Below are positions 31,479 through 42,684 of a stretch of 44,173 nt of DNA, one piece after another. The stretch lies in the NCBI GenBank assembly GCA_039807465.1, contig JBDHRI010000001.1, forward strand, positions 1 through 44,173, in the 5' to 3' direction. This stretch comes from Burkholderiales bacterium (lineage in GTDB: Bacteria; Pseudomonadota; Gammaproteobacteria; Burkholderiales; UBA11063). The position numbers were made by a program, and so were the translations under genes. The notes beneath the pieces are model-generated. The model was not told the DNA's origin. It did not search any database and saw only the letters and a program-made list of their open reading frames with translations. Positions within the stretch are counted from its first letter, which is position 1, and every line of letters begins with the position of its first letter.

Positions 31479-32510
31479 TTAATTCCAAACCTTCTCCAGT
31501 AATTCAAGGTGTTCTATACTGGTTTTAGTAGCCACCCGCCCGCGCGGGGTTCTTTGCAATAAGCCACTTTGCATTAAATAAGGCTCAATAACATCCTCAA
31601 TTGTATCAGTTGATTCACCAATGGTTGCAGATAGATTATCAAGACCAACTGGTCCACCATCAAATTTATTTACAATTGCATCCAGAAGCTTACGATCCAT
31701 TATATCAAGACCAAGGTTATCAACATCAAGCATTTTTAAGGCAGCATCCGCTACGTCCTTACTCACAACCCCATTACTCTTGATATCAGCAAAATCACGT
31801 ACTCGTCTTAGTAAACGATTAGCTATACGTGGAGTACCTCTTGAACGTGATGCAATTTCATACGCGCCCTGATTATCAATCTGCATATTTAATAACTGCG
31901 CAGATCGCTTTACAATAATCGCCAGCTCATCATTAGTATAAAACTCTAGCCTAGAAATAATTCCAAATCTATCACGTAAAGGATTAGTAAGCATCCCAGC
32001 TCTAGTTGTAGCACCAATTAAGGTAAATGGAGGTAAATCAATTTTTATTGACCTTGCAGAAGGACCTTCACCAATCATTATATCTAACTGAAAATCTTCC
32101 AAAGCCGGGTACAAAACCTCTTCAATAATAGGTGACATACGATGTATTTCATCTATAAATAACACATCGTGCGCTTCAAGATTGGTTAATAGCGCGGCTA
32201 GATCACCAGGTTTCTCAAGAACAGGACCCGATGTTTGCCTGAGATTTACACCCATTTCACGAGAAATTATATGTGCGAGCGTTGTTTTACCAAGCCCGGG
32301 AGGTCCAAACAGAAGGACATGATCCAACGTTTCATTGCGATTTCTTGAAGCCTGGATAAAAATATCTAATTGCTCCTTGATCTTTTCCTGTCCAATATAA
32401 TCAGACAATGACTTGGGCCGTAATGCACGTTCAAGTGCATCCTCTGCTGGCTCAAATTTCTTAGGAGTACTTATCCTCGGTTCTGTTATCAAATTATCAG
32501 TTTTAATCAT
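31479..32510 (-). CDS. ruvB: Holliday junction branch migration helicase RuvB
   Basis: [45 protein letters not shown]. Confidence 0.98.
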   Translation of the reverse strand: MIKTDNLITEPRISTPKKFEPAEDALERALRPKSLSDYIGQEKIKEQLDIFIQASRNRNETLDHVLLFGPPGLGKTTLAHIISREMGVNLRQTSGPVLEKPGDLAALLTNLEAHDVLFIDEIHRMSPIIEEVLYPALEDFQLDIMIGEGPSARSIKIDLPPFTLIGATTRAGMLTNPLRDRFGIISRLEFYTNDELAIIVKRSAQLLNMQIDNQGAYEIASRSRGTPRIANRLLRRVRDFADIKSNGVVSKDVADAALKMLDVDNLGLDIMDRKLLDAIVNKFDGGPVGLDNLSATIGESTDTIEDVIEPYLMQSGLLQRTPRGRVATKTSIEHLELLEKVWN

Positions 32511-32582
32511 TTATTCAAAAATTTAAAGATTATTAATAATAATAATATTATACATCATATTAACATATTTAACACTTTAAAT

Positions 32583-32609
32583 AAAAAAAGCCGGGAAAAA
32601 CCCGGCTTT
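32583..32609 (-). terminator. intrinsic terminator after acpP
   Basis: AAAGCCGGG-ttttt-CCCGGC-T7 on the minus strand. Confidence 0.88.
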
Positions 32610-32625
32610 CAATAAAGAACTACTA

Positions 32626-32859
32626 TTATACATGTGCCTTGATGTAATCAATAGCTTTTTGTACAGTTGTAATTTTTTCAGCTTCTTCATCTGGAATTTC
32701 ACAGCCAAACTCTTCTTCCAAAGCCATAACTAACTCTACAGTATCTAGTGAATCAGCACCTAAATCTTCAATAAAAGAAGCATCATCTTTAATTGTTGCT
32801 TCATCTATTCCTAGCTTGTCTGCAACAACCTTCTTAACTTTAGCTTCAATATTTTCCAT
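32626..32859 (-). CDS. acpP: acyl carrier protein
   Basis: [20 protein letters not shown]; ATG 32859 with SD AAGG. Confidence 0.98.
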   Translation of the reverse strand: MENIEAKVKKVVADKLGIDEATIKDDASFIEDLGADSLDTVELVMALEEEFGCEIPDEEAEKITTVQKAIDYIKAHV

Positions 32860-32946
32860 GTTTTGACCTTTCAAAAAAATGCTAATTTGGCTGCATCAAT
32901 ATAAACTTAATAAAATTTTACCTAAATGCAATTACTATAAGTCAGT

Positions 32947-32976
32947 ATAATAATAGATAAAAACTTATTTCGTCAA
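32947..32976 (-). promoter_or_regulatory. putative sigma70 promoter of acpP
   Basis: TTGACG-N18-TATTAT. Confidence 0.5.
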
Positions 32977-33131
32977 CTAAAATTATCATTATTTTATTAC
33001 ACGCTACAAAATGAATAAATCCTGGAGGTAGTTATAGGTTAAAATAATTCCCTAGAAAATTTATTTTAGCTTAATTTATGCGCAAAAGTACGTTTAATCT
33101 TAACGACCACTTGCTAGAGAAGAAAGTACCT

Positions 33132-33446
33132 ATGACTGATAATTTAGAAATATGTTATTTAGACGAAGTAATTATTGAAGGCCAAACTGCAGATGGCAAA
33201 AAATTTAGGCCAAGTGACTGGGTTGATAGACTATGTGGAATGCTTGCTCAATTTGAGCGACATAAAGTATCATACTCTCCATATTTAAGACCAATGATGT
33301 TTAAAGACATGCAATGCGTGGCAATCAAACGCGAACTTGAAGACAAAAGTCCATCCGCATTTAGTTTTTTAATGCAATTTGCCAATGACAATAAACTAGT
33401 TGTTACTGACTGTGCAAGCTTTAAAGACAAGGCAAAAGCCAGCTAA
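33132..33446 (+). CDS. DUF3579 family protein
   Basis: [37 protein letters not shown]; start may be 33078 or 33132. Confidence 0.85.
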   Translation: MTDNLEICYLDEVIIEGQTADGKKFRPSDWVDRLCGMLAQFERHKVSYSPYLRPMMFKDMQCVAIKRELEDKSPSAFSFLMQFANDNKLVVTDCASFKDKAKAS

Positions 33447-33895
33447 TGAAAATCATGGTACTAAACGGTCCGAATTTGAATATGCTAGGAACTCGTGAAC
33501 CTGGAATTTATGGTGTTGCAACTTTGCAACAAATCGAATCAGACTTAAAAGATACTATTAATGATAATAAATACGAACTTGAATTTTACCAAAGTAACCA
33601 CGAAGGTAATATTATTGATAAAATTCAAGGTGCATTAGACAATGAAGTTAAATTTATAATAATCAATCCGGCAGCATATACCCACACCAGTGTTGCAATC
33701 AGGGACGCACTTCTGGCTACCAAAATACCATTTATTGAAGTGCATCTGTCAAATGTGCATGCCAGAGAACCATTCCGGCACCACTCATACTTATCAGATG
33801 TAGCAACTGGTGTAATTTGTGGATTAGGAGCTTATGGCTATATAGCAGCCATGACTTATGCAATAAAATACTTACAACAACAGGAAGGAAGATAA
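33446..33895 (+). CDS. aroQ: type II 3-dehydroquinate dehydratase
   Basis: [45 protein letters not shown]. Confidence 0.97.
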   Translation: MKIMVLNGPNLNMLGTREPGIYGVATLQQIESDLKDTINDNKYELEFYQSNHEGNIIDKIQGALDNEVKFIIINPAAYTHTSVAIRDALLATKIPFIEVHLSNVHAREPFRHHSYLSDVATGVICGLGAYGYIAAMTYAIKYLQQQEGR

Positions 33896-33897
33896 TA

Positions 33898-34368
33898 ATG
33901 GATATCAAAAAAATTAAAGCAATTGTTGATATGATCAAGGAATCAGGAATTGCCGAACTTGAAATAACCGAAGGTGAGGATAAATTACGTGTATCATGCG
34001 TAAGTAGTGTTGTTGCACCTGTGCAACAACATGCAGTAGCACCAGTAGTACATCAGGTTTCTATCCCGGCGCCACAGCCATCAGGTACAACTTCCGCTGC
34101 CACAGTAGAAGAAAATAAGCCGAAACAAATTGAAGGTGAGACAATTAATTCACCTATGGTTGGAACTTTCTATCGCGCCTCTTCACCTAATTCAAACCCA
34201 TTCATTCAAGTTGGGCAGGAAGTTAAGGTTGGACAAGTGTTATGTATTATTGAAGCAATGAAGCTTATGAATCAGATTGAAGCTGACAAAGCTGGTACAA
34301 TCAAGGAAATTTTGGCTGAAGATGGCAAGCCAGTTGAATATGGTCAACCTTTATTTGTAATTGCCTAA
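33898..34368 (+). CDS. accB: acetyl-CoA carboxylase biotin carboxyl carrier protein
   Basis: Canonical MDIKKIK start at 33898; SPMVGTFY; EAMKLMN biotin site. Confidence 0.97.
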   Translation: MDIKKIKAIVDMIKESGIAELEITEGEDKLRVSCVSSVVAPVQQHAVAPVVHQVSIPAPQPSGTTSAATVEENKPKQIEGETINSPMVGTFYRASSPNSNPFIQVGQEVKVGQVLCIIEAMKLMNQIEADKAGTIKEILAEDGKPVEYGQPLFVIA

Positions 34369-34396
34369 TTAATTTGTCCAAATAAGGGAACTAAAA

Positions 34397-35746
34397 ATGT
34401 TTGAAAAAGTTCTGATAGCAAATCGTGGTGAAATAGCTTTACGTGTCCAACGTGCATGTAGGGAACTTGGCATAAAGTCAGTCGTAATCTATTCTGAAGC
34501 TGACCGCGATGCAAAATATGTTAGGCTGGCAGACGAGGCAGTTTGTGTCGGTCCTGCTCGCTCAGCACAAAGCTATTTAAATATCCCCTCAATAATAGCC
34601 GCATGTGAAATTACTAATGCTCAGGCAGTACATCCGGGTTTTGGTTTTTTGTCTGAAAATGCAGAGTTTGCGCGTAGAGTTGAAGAAAGTGGCTTTGTTT
34701 TCATTGGACCTAGAGCCGATGCGATTGCAACCATGGGCGATAAGGTAAAAGCCAAAGAAGCAATGATTAAAGCTGGTGTTCCTGTAGTACCGGGCTCTGA
34801 AGGTGAATTACCCAATGATGACAAAGAAGTTATCAAAATTGCGAAAAAAGTTGGTTATCCAGTGATTATTAAAGCCGTTGCTGGTGGTGGCGGACGAGGA
34901 ATGCGCGTTGTTCACGAAGAAAGCGAACTAATTAATGCATTACAAATCACACGTAGTGAAGCCGAAGCTGGTTTTGGTAATCCAGCAGTATATATGGAAC
35001 GTTATCTAACCAAGCCACGTCATATAGAAATCCAAGTACTGGCTGATGAATATGGTAACGTTATCTATCTGGGTGAACGTGATTGTTCAATGCAACGCCG
35101 ACATCAGAAAGTTATCGAAGAAGCTCCAGCTCCGGGCATAACTGCTGCTGAACGCAAAAAAATAGGAGAAGCCTGTGCTGCTGCTTGCAAATTAATTAAA
35201 TATCGCGGTGCTGGTACATTTGAGTTCTTATATGAAAACGGAGAATTTTTCTTCATTGAAATGAATACCCGCGTTCAGGTTGAACACACAATTACCGAAA
35301 TGATTACTGGCATTGACATCGTTAAAGAACAATTATATATTGCTAGTGGTGAGAAACTTCGCTATAAACAAGAAGATGTTGTTCTAAATGGTCATGCCAT
35401 TCAATGTAGGGTAAATGCAGAAGATCCATTTACTTTTGTGCCATCACCTGGCAAAATTGAAATGTGTCATTTTGGTGGTGGTAACGGCGTCCGAGTTGAT
35501 TCGCATGTTTATGATGGTTATACTGTACCACCGTACTATGATTCAATGATAGCAAAACTGATTGTTCATTCTGAAAATCGTCTCCATGCAATTAATAAAA
35601 TGCAGGGATTATTGAAAGAAACCAATTTCCAAGGGATAAAAACCAATATTCCGCTACATCAGGAAATGCTGTCTGAACGTGGTTTTGTTGAAGGCGGACA
35701 ATCAATCCATTATCTAGAAAACTACTTAAAACAGCGTAAAGGCTAA
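34397..35746 (+). CDS. accC: acetyl-CoA carboxylase biotin carboxylase subunit
   Basis: [36 protein letters not shown]. Confidence 0.98.
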   Translation: MFEKVLIANRGEIALRVQRACRELGIKSVVIYSEADRDAKYVRLADEAVCVGPARSAQSYLNIPSIIAACEITNAQAVHPGFGFLSENAEFARRVEESGFVFIGPRADAIATMGDKVKAKEAMIKAGVPVVPGSEGELPNDDKEVIKIAKKVGYPVIIKAVAGGGGRGMRVVHEESELINALQITRSEAEAGFGNPAVYMERYLTKPRHIEIQVLADEYGNVIYLGERDCSMQRRHQKVIEEAPAPGITAAERKKIGEACAAACKLIKYRGAGTFEFLYENGEFFFIEMNTRVQVEHTITEMITGIDIVKEQLYIASGEKLRYKQEDVVLNGHAIQCRVNAEDPFTFVPSPGKIEMCHFGGGNGVRVDSHVYDGYTVPPYYDSMIAKLIVHSENRLHAINKMQGLLKETNFQGIKTNIPLHQEMLSERGFVEGGQSIHYLENYLKQRKG

Positions 35747-35769
35747 TCTAGCCAGATACATAACTAATT

Positions 35770-35793
35770 AAGCACGGATTCATCCGTGCTTTT
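35770..35793 (+). terminator. intrinsic terminator between accC and prmA
   Basis: AAGCACGGA-ttca-TCCGTGCTT-TT. Confidence 0.78.
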
Positions 35794-35820
35794 AACTTTA
35801 TAAAAGAATAACCCCCAATA

Positions 35821-36705
35821 ATGAGTTTTAAACAATTAAAAATCAAGGTTGATTCAGAAAAGGCTGATTTATTAGGCGATGCATTTTTTGATGAAAATGC
35901 CCTATCAGTAAGTGTTGAAGATCAATTTGAAGGTACTGAATTTGAAGAGCCTATCTTTAATGAGCCTGGTATGGATGTTGACAAACTATGGCAACACAGT
36001 TTATTAGTTATTTTATTAGCAGAAGATTCTGATATTGAGGACATTGTCAAGAGTGTGCAGAATAAGACTAAGCTTAACTTTGATTATGAAATTGAAAATA
36101 TAGATGATCAGGATTGGGTCAGATTAACCCAAAGTCAATTTGAACCAATCAAAATTACTGATAAGTTATTTATCGTTCCATCTTGGCATGAACTTCCTGT
36201 TGCCAATGCGACTGGAATAATTCTTGATCCTGGACTGGCATTTGGTACTGGCTCCCACCCTACTACATTTATGTGTCTTGAATGGCTAGCAGAAAATGTA
36301 TCCAATACCGATAATATCCTTGATTATGGTTGCGGATCTGGTATTCTAGCGATTACCGCAGCAAAATTGGGGGCAAAATCAGTAACTGGCGTTGATATTG
36401 ATAAACAAGCGATAGAATCAAGCCTTTATAATGCAGAAGTAAATCAGACTCAAGTAAACTTTTTTCTGCCAGATAAATTTAAACCCACAACATATGATAT
36501 CGTCATTGCCAATATACTATCTAATCCACTTCGAATGCTAGCAACTGCTCTTGCAGGATATGTGCACCAAGGCGGTAAAATAGTTTTATCTGGAATTCTT
36601 GATAGTCAAATTGAAGAAATGAGTAGTATATATCAACAATGGTTTGAAATGCAGGTTCATAAAATTATGGATGGCTGGGTTTGCCTAGAGGGAATTAAAC
36701 GCTAA
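35821..36705 (+). CDS. prmA: 50S ribosomal protein L11 methyltransferase
   Basis: DQDWVR, LDPGLAFGTGSHPTT, LDYGCGSGILAI, ANIL. Confidence 0.97.
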   Translation: MSFKQLKIKVDSEKADLLGDAFFDENALSVSVEDQFEGTEFEEPIFNEPGMDVDKLWQHSLLVILLAEDSDIEDIVKSVQNKTKLNFDYEIENIDDQDWVRLTQSQFEPIKITDKLFIVPSWHELPVANATGIILDPGLAFGTGSHPTTFMCLEWLAENVSNTDNILDYGCGSGILAITAAKLGAKSVTGVDIDKQAIESSLYNAEVNQTQVNFFLPDKFKPTTYDIVIANILSNPLRMLATALAGYVHQGGKIVLSGILDSQIEEMSSIYQQWFEMQVHKIMDGWVCLEGIKR

Positions 36706-37172
36706 TGCAGCGTAAAAAAGCATTCGTAACTGCTGAAGAATATCTTAACCAAAGTAGCGATCTTGGTAATATCCGCGCAGTAACCCGTGAATTACAGCAA
36801 ATAAATAAGGCATTGGATAATTACTCTACTGATTTTCTCAATTTCTGTCATGCTGGCGCAATAGATTATCCAAATGACACATTGGTTTTATATTGTAGAA
36901 ATAATGCCAGCTTTCACCAAATAAATCAGCAAATCCCATACATCCGAACGTATCTTGAGAATAAAGGAATAAATTTTCATAAAATTCTGGTTAAAGTAAG
37001 ACCATCAGCCTATCAGCCTATCACTAACAGGAGAAAAGCTAAAAAAGAATTAACTGATAAACAAAAAGAAATGTTAGCCAAATTTGCCACTGCAATAAAT
37101 CGACCGGACTTGCTAAAAGATGAACACAATGACAAAGAAGGATCTGAAGAAGAATGGGAAATAAAACTTTAA
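36705..37172 (+). CDS. DciA/DUF721-like protein (putative replicative helicase loader)
   Basis: Pattern TLVLYCRNNASFHQINQQIP...ILVKVRP fits the DUF721 core, followed by a basic helical tail; TAATG coupling to prmA. Confidence 0.6.
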   Translation: MQRKKAFVTAEEYLNQSSDLGNIRAVTRELQQINKALDNYSTDFLNFCHAGAIDYPNDTLVLYCRNNASFHQINQQIPYIRTYLENKGINFHKILVKVRPSAYQPITNRRKAKKELTDKQKEMLAKFATAINRPDLLKDEHNDKEGSEEEWEIKL

Positions 37173-37294
37173 GCCTCACTTTGCATAAAAACACAATTTG
37201 CATCTTTTAGCAACAGATATTCTCACCCATAAAATTATAACATACTAAAAAAGTAGCAATCTGTAATAAGCGAACATTTATCATTAGGCAGATA

Positions 37295-37303
37295 TGCTAT
37301 AAT
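37295..37303 (+). promoter_or_regulatory. extended -10 promoter of the POT transporter
   Basis: TGcTATAAT ending 31 nt upstream of the ATG. Confidence 0.5.
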
Positions 37304-37334
37304 TTTAAATTCTAATTTTTATCGAGTATCACTG

Positions 37335-38837
37335 ATGGTTAAACAGCAAGGACATCCAAAAGGTCTAATCTTCCTGTTTCTTACAGAAATGTGGGAACGT
37401 TTTAGTTTTTACGGTATCTCAGGAATCCTTGTTCTTTATCTAACCAAAGCATTGAATGTTAGCGCCGCCGATGCCAGTCTTATTTCTGGCGCATATATGG
37501 CTTTTACTTTCCTAGCACCAATACTTGGTGGTTGGGTAGCCGATAAGCTAATTGGCTATACTTGGTCAGTTATAATTGGTGGTATCATTATTTTTGCTGG
37601 AAATATTATTCTAGCTCTACCAACTGGTATCGAAGGAGTCTATCTTGGACTTGCGACCGTAGCTATTGGTACAGGTTTTCTAAAATCAACCGTATCTGTA
37701 CTGGTTGGTCAGCTCTATACTAAAAATGATAACCGACGTGATAGCGCCTATACAATATTTTATATGGGAATAAATCTTGGTTCAATTCTTGCTGGGTTGA
37801 TTATTTCCTATGTTGCAGAAATGATAAATTGGCATTATGCATTTGTGTTAATCGCAATTGGTATGGGTTTTGGATTAGCTATTTTCATAACGGGCTATAA
37901 AAAAGGTGTTTATTCCGAAACTTCAAACATAGTCAATCAGGCAAATCTAAAACGAAAAATTCTTCTTTTCAATGGTGCAATCTGGCTCATTATTGGCACT
38001 ATCTTTTGCATAACACTGATTTTTATATTATTAAGTTCTCCGGGTAATACCAAGATTGTTATTACCGCTATAAGCATTGGCATGCTTTTATATATTGCAC
38101 TTCTAGCTTTTCGTTGTGATACAAAAGAGGAACGTAATCAGGTATTGTCAATCCTTATTTTCATAATTACTGCGGTATTTTTCTGGTCATTGTATAAGCA
38201 GATGTTTAATTCCATGGCATTATTTATTGATAAAGATATCGATAGAAGCTTTATGGGTAAAGTAATTCCAACCGGGATGTTTGTACTGGTTCCCAATTCA
38301 ATCTTCATTATTCTTCTAGCTTCAGTATTTGCAAAAATCTGGATGGTTCTTGAAAATAAAGGAAAAAACCCATCTAGCCCGACAAAATTTTTAATTGGCT
38401 TATTATTTACTCTAGCTTCATTTTCGGTATTAAGTTTTGGCGCATATGTAGCACAATCATCAGGACAGGCAAGCTCTATGTTCTGGCCAATTTTTGGTAT
38501 TTTTCTGCTTACCTGCGCCGAATTATGTATTTCCCCTGTTGGGCTCTCAATAGTTAGTAAAATGGCACCAGAAAAATTTGCAGCATTCCTGATGGGTTCA
38601 TGGTTTCTGGCTAGCTCAATTGGCTCGTATGTTTCGGGTTTACTATCAAGTCTAGTTACATTACCCAAAGGTGAAATTACCGTAGCAATTAGTTCCGAAG
38701 CATATTTTAATCTTTTCTCCAAATGCTCTATTGGTATGGCAATAATGATTACAGTTTATACTATATTTTTGCCACTAATTAAAAAACTAACAGGTGATAA
38801 ATTACCCCATCAAATAAAAGAAGATATTGAACACTAA
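37335..38837 (+). CDS. proton-dependent oligopeptide transporter (POT/DtpT family)
   Basis: EMWERFSFYG, GGWVADKLIG, FYMGINLGS, AELCISPVGLS. Confidence 0.95.
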   Translation: MVKQQGHPKGLIFLFLTEMWERFSFYGISGILVLYLTKALNVSAADASLISGAYMAFTFLAPILGGWVADKLIGYTWSVIIGGIIIFAGNIILALPTGIEGVYLGLATVAIGTGFLKSTVSVLVGQLYTKNDNRRDSAYTIFYMGINLGSILAGLIISYVAEMINWHYAFVLIAIGMGFGLAIFITGYKKGVYSETSNIVNQANLKRKILLFNGAIWLIIGTIFCITLIFILLSSPGNTKIVITAISIGMLLYIALLAFRCDTKEERNQVLSILIFIITAVFFWSLYKQMFNSMALFIDKDIDRSFMGKVIPTGMFVLVPNSIFIILLASVFAKIWMVLENKGKNPSSPTKFLIGLLFTLASFSVLSFGAYVAQSSGQASSMFWPIFGIFLLTCAELCISPVGLSIVSKMAPEKFAAFLMGSWFLASSIGSYVSGLLSSLVTLPKGEITVAISSEAYFNLFSKCSIGMAIMITVYTIFLPLIKKLTGDKLPHQIKEDIEH

Positions 38838-38852
38838 ATCTAAATACAGTTA

Positions 38853-39659
38853 TTACTCTTCAAGGGAAATCAACACAGAAATAACCTGAGCGCCAAGAAG
38901 AAAAATAATAGAAATAATGTATAGCCACAAGAGAAAAATTGGAATAGCTGCCAATGAACCGTAAAGTACATTTTGGGCATTACTGAAACTTCGGATATAA
39001 ACCGCAAAACCAAATTTAGCAAACTCGAAAAGTATTGCTGATGTAAGTCCGGCAATAAAAGCCAATCGAAATGGTATTGGGGTGTGTGGGACAAACTTAT
39101 AAATAAGGCTAAAGGCAAGAAAAGAGCTTAGGTATTGCAAGAAGCTAATAATAAAAGAAAACCTAGTAAAAGAATAAAGTGGTAAATAATGAGTTAATAC
39201 CTCGTGTGCACCAAATAAAATAATACCACTTAAAATTAGACCAGCAAAAACCGCCAAAATTAGTATCAGTTTCAAACCAATATTCAAATCACTTTCATTG
39301 AACCCCAACAACTGATCCATACAGTAGCGTAAGGTATTTATCATTAATAATGAAGTAATAAAAAGAACTGCAAGACTGATAATTGATAAATCTAACGAAT
39401 GTGCCTGAAAGTTCTGCATATAACGGGCAACCTGCTTACCAATGACAGGCAAATAGTTCGTAAAAACTTGATTTTCATATTGAGTATATATTTTGGCTGG
39501 AATAAATAGAGTAATAATACTTGCAACCGAGATGAAAAATGGTGCAAAAGACATCAAGAAGGTATAAGCTAAGGAGCTAGCTTTTTGCAAGCCATCTTTC
39601 TGATAAAATCCGTAGAAAATCTCAATTAAAATGTAAATTATTTTTTTTTGCTTTGTCAT
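38853..39659 (-). CDS. YihY/virulence factor BrkB family inner membrane protein
   Basis: ASSLAYTFLMSFAP, YKFVP, FEFAKFGF, YGSLAAIPIFLLWLY. Confidence 0.93.
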   Translation of the reverse strand: MTKQKKIIYILIEIFYGFYQKDGLQKASSLAYTFLMSFAPFFISVASIITLFIPAKIYTQYENQVFTNYLPVIGKQVARYMQNFQAHSLDLSIISLAVLFITSLLMINTLRYCMDQLLGFNESDLNIGLKLILILAVFAGLILSGIILFGAHEVLTHYLPLYSFTRFSFIISFLQYLSSFLAFSLIYKFVPHTPIPFRLAFIAGLTSAILFEFAKFGFAVYIRSFSNAQNVLYGSLAAIPIFLLWLYIISIIFLLGAQVISVLISLEE

Positions 39660-39696
39660 TCTCGCTTTATCGCACCACTTTATATAAAATTGATTG

Positions 39697-40293
39697 TTAT
39701 GAGGAAAATTTTAACTGAATCCGCTCTGACATTATCGAAGATATTTTTCCCCAATCCTGATCAGTAACTGCAAATACCAATGAGTCACGCACTCTGCCAG
39801 ATTGGGTGATTGCATGTCGCCTCAATGTTCCCTCATGAATAAATCCTAGCTTTAGCATGGCTTGCTTTGATTTTTCATTAAGCGCATCGGTTTTCCATTG
39901 GATACGATTAAAGCCAAGCTTATTTATCAGATAGTCAATAAGTAAGTATTTATTTAATGGATTAAAGCCACTACCCTGATATTCTTTGGCAAGCCAGCTT
40001 GAGCCCATCTCTAGTCTTTTATGTCTGAAGCTTATTTCATATAAAGAACTAGTACCAATGATTCTTTCTGTTTTATTATCGACAATCACCAGCAATGCAA
40101 GATTTTTCTTTGCTACTTCGACAAGCTTTTCAGCGATAAAATCATCACAGCTTGCGTATTGAGTAAAAAACCAAGTGAAAAATTCTGGATTAAATATCGC
40201 CCTCAAACCATCAAGGTCACTATCACGATAATTACGGATTGTGACTAATTCATGCTGAATATGAATATTCTGTAAGTTTTCAAAAGTAATCAT
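39697..40293 (-). CDS. GNAT N-acetyltransferase, RimJ/RimL family
   Basis: LEMGSSWL, YQGSG, KTDALNEKS, GFIHEGTLRRH, RDS. Confidence 0.92.
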   Translation of the reverse strand: MITFENLQNIHIQHELVTIRNYRDSDLDGLRAIFNPEFFTWFFTQYASCDDFIAEKLVEVAKKNLALLVIVDNKTERIIGTSSLYEISFRHKRLEMGSSWLAKEYQGSGFNPLNKYLLIDYLINKLGFNRIQWKTDALNEKSKQAMLKLGFIHEGTLRRHAITQSGRVRDSLVFAVTDQDWGKISSIMSERIQLKFSS

Positions 40294-40320
40294 TTAAAAT
40301 CCTGAGAAAATGTAACTCGG

Positions 40321-41595
40321 TTAACTCGATACTGGTTCCAAATTCCTTAATACCAGTTTTAATGAAATATAACCAACCAGTGATGAGAAGGCATACATAA
40401 AAACAACTGCAATCGCAGCACCATTGATCGAATAGTATTTAACCATCAAATATGTCACAACAATATTAATTAGCAATATAAAGCCCGTCAGGTAAAAGCT
40501 AAGTCGAGCTTTGCCCATCGCCGCAAGGATATTACCATTAATCGTCCGAAATGATGCAATTATCCAGTAACCAAAGCTAATAATCTGGAATGGCAAAATA
40601 CTATCCTGATAGCTCTTACCAAAAATTAGCAAAATTAATTGCTTGGCAAGCAAAATAAGAAAAAGGCTAGTAAAAGCACTAAAGGCAAACATTCTTAAAA
40701 AGATGTAGCGCGATAACTGTCTTATCTTGGCTGCATCATGCGCATTCTTGGCAAATTCAGGATAAAAATAATTTACCGCAATATTTGGGATAAAGTTAAT
40801 TGCAAACGGAATTATCGTTGCTACCCGATAACTCGCAATTAGCTGTGGTTCCTTAACTATATAACTGATAATTATTATATCCAAAACAAATAACAGCCCA
40901 GAAAAAGCATTGGCAAGCGTAGTAAAAAAAGAGTAGCTGATAAATTGTTTTTTATTAATCAAGCCATTATCTTTTTTACTAAGGCTAAAAATCGCAGGGA
41001 GCTTAAATTTCCAACTTGAGAAGATCAGCATAACAACATAGGCAGCATAAGTAAAATAAATCAACCCGTAGAGATGAAATAGCATAATCCCAATTATATT
41101 TGCCAATAGAAGCAGACTATTATTGATAATAAGAAAGTAACCCTGTATTCGATTTTGTCCACTGGCACGCAAATATGCCTGAAAAATATCGATATATAAT
41201 CTACCAACCGGAAATAACGCCATTGTCAATAAAACGGGTTTAGCTGCCGGAATTGGCAAAGGAAAGATTAATGCGTAGCCAATGATAACAATAGCAATTA
41301 GCAGATTAAACAAGATTCCAATTTTAAATGCAAACTGAAGAAATCTAATCCGTTCGTCATTATTTTTTGCCCTACTTACATATTGAAGCACCCCACTCGC
41401 TGCACCAAAGCCATTTAACAAAAGAAATAGTGAGATAATATTAAATGCAAAGGTATAGACACCAAAATCATGTTTTCCTAGTAAGCGAACGTAGATAACT
41501 GAACCGCAAAAAGTAATCAGATAGGAAAAGATATTGGCAAAAAGTGTAAAGAAAAATTCACTTTTTAATTTATTAATAATTTTTGGTAAAAACAT
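40321..41595 (-). CDS. wzx: Wzx-type oligosaccharide flippase
   Basis: About 12 TM segments; RLLGKHDFGVY, IFGKSY, INGAAIA. Confidence 0.85.
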   Translation of the reverse strand: MFLPKIINKLKSEFFFTLFANIFSYLITFCGSVIYVRLLGKHDFGVYTFAFNIISLFLLLNGFGAASGVLQYVSRAKNNDERIRFLQFAFKIGILFNLLIAIVIIGYALIFPLPIPAAKPVLLTMALFPVGRLYIDIFQAYLRASGQNRIQGYFLIINNSLLLLANIIGIMLFHLYGLIYFTYAAYVVMLIFSSWKFKLPAIFSLSKKDNGLINKKQFISYSFFTTLANAFSGLLFVLDIIIISYIVKEPQLIASYRVATIIPFAINFIPNIAVNYFYPEFAKNAHDAAKIRQLSRYIFLRMFAFSAFTSLFLILLAKQLILLIFGKSYQDSILPFQIISFGYWIIASFRTINGNILAAMGKARLSFYLTGFILLINIVVTYLMVKYYSINGAAIAVVFMYAFSSLVGYISLKLVLRNLEPVSS

Positions 41596-41622
41596 TTCAA
41601 GGATTCAGAAAGTTAAATAAAT

Positions 41623-42684
41623 TCACTGATATAATTCAATAAATTTATTAATATTAGATGCTAACGTAGCCTTATTTTCAATTAGCCTATAATTAAAATC
41701 ATATAAATGCTGATAAGTGACTGAGTTTTCTATCAACTTAACTGCCTTAATAATTTCAAATTGTAACTCATTTATATTAACTGAGATAAAGCCATTATAA
41801 TCATTAATTACCCATTCAAGATTAGCTGGCAAATTTGATAAAACCGGAACACAGCCATAAGCCATTGCTTCAAGAAGGCTTGATGCAGTGCCATCACTTT
41901 CTGGAACGGAAACAAATATTTTAGCTATTTTATAGTATTCTACCAGCTCCTTATACGGAATCATACCAGTAAATAATACTTTACCTTCTATACCCAGTTT
42001 TTTGGCTAGCTTAACTAAATTATCTGTTTCTTCGCCGCCTGCTGCTACTATTAGTTGATAATCAGCATCTATTAATTCATTATTTATCAATACCGCAAAG
42101 GCACTAATAATTTTATCAATTCGGTATAAGGGTTTATGTAGCCGATTGGACAGGATTACTTTCTTTTTATTGCTAACATCCTGCTTTAGGGGTAAATCCT
42201 GAATACCAAAGTTAATCGTATGAATCGGCTTGGTAACCCCGTTTAGTAGTTGATTGATTACCCCCGACATGTATAATGAATCAGAAGTAATAATATCAGC
42301 ATTTAGCAAGCTATACCTGACTATTCGCGCAAGAATCCGGCTTTCTTTGGGTAACAGAAGAACATCAGATCCCCACGCGGTTAGTATTGTTTTTGGTTTG
42401 AATTTCAAACTCCTGATGGCACGTAAGCTATGCCAAGCATAACTATTTGCTTGATGGATATGGACAATCTCCGGCTTTTCAATATTCAATATCTCAGCAA
42501 TCTGTTTCTTAGCCTTAATATTACTTAGGGCAAAATTGACTTGGTATTGTTTTAAATCAGCAAATTCTGGCATTTGCAAATTGGTAATAATCGCAATCTT
42601 ATAATTACTATTATCCAGCACTCCCTGAATAAACCGTTTACAGTGGATTGAATTGGAACCAATTATTACGAGCTTGCTAGTCAT
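41623..42684 (-). CDS. family 4 glycosyltransferase
   Basis: TAWGSDV, SNRLHKPLYRID, SDGTASSLLEAMAYG. Confidence 0.92.
   Translation of the reverse strand: MTSKLVIIGSNSIHCKRFIQGVLDNSNYKIAIITNLQMPEFADLKQYQVNFALSNIKAKKQIAEILNIEKPEIVHIHQANSYAWHSLRAIRSLKFKPKTILTAWGSDVLLLPKESRILARIVRYSLLNADIITSDSLYMSGVINQLLNGVTKPIHTINFGIQDLPLKQDVSNKKKVILSNRLHKPLYRIDKIISAFAVLINNELIDADYQLIVAAGGEETDNLVKLAKKLGIEGKVLFTGMIPYKELVEYYKIAKIFVSVPESDGTASSLLEAMAYGCVPVLSNLPANLEWVINDYNGFISVNINELQFEIIKAVKLIENSVTYQHLYDFNYRLIENKATLASNINKFIELYQ

Noticed and set aside
38138-38722. 194-aa antisense ORF inside the POT transporter
   Set aside because: Shadow frame of a hydrophobic gene; no recognisable motifs
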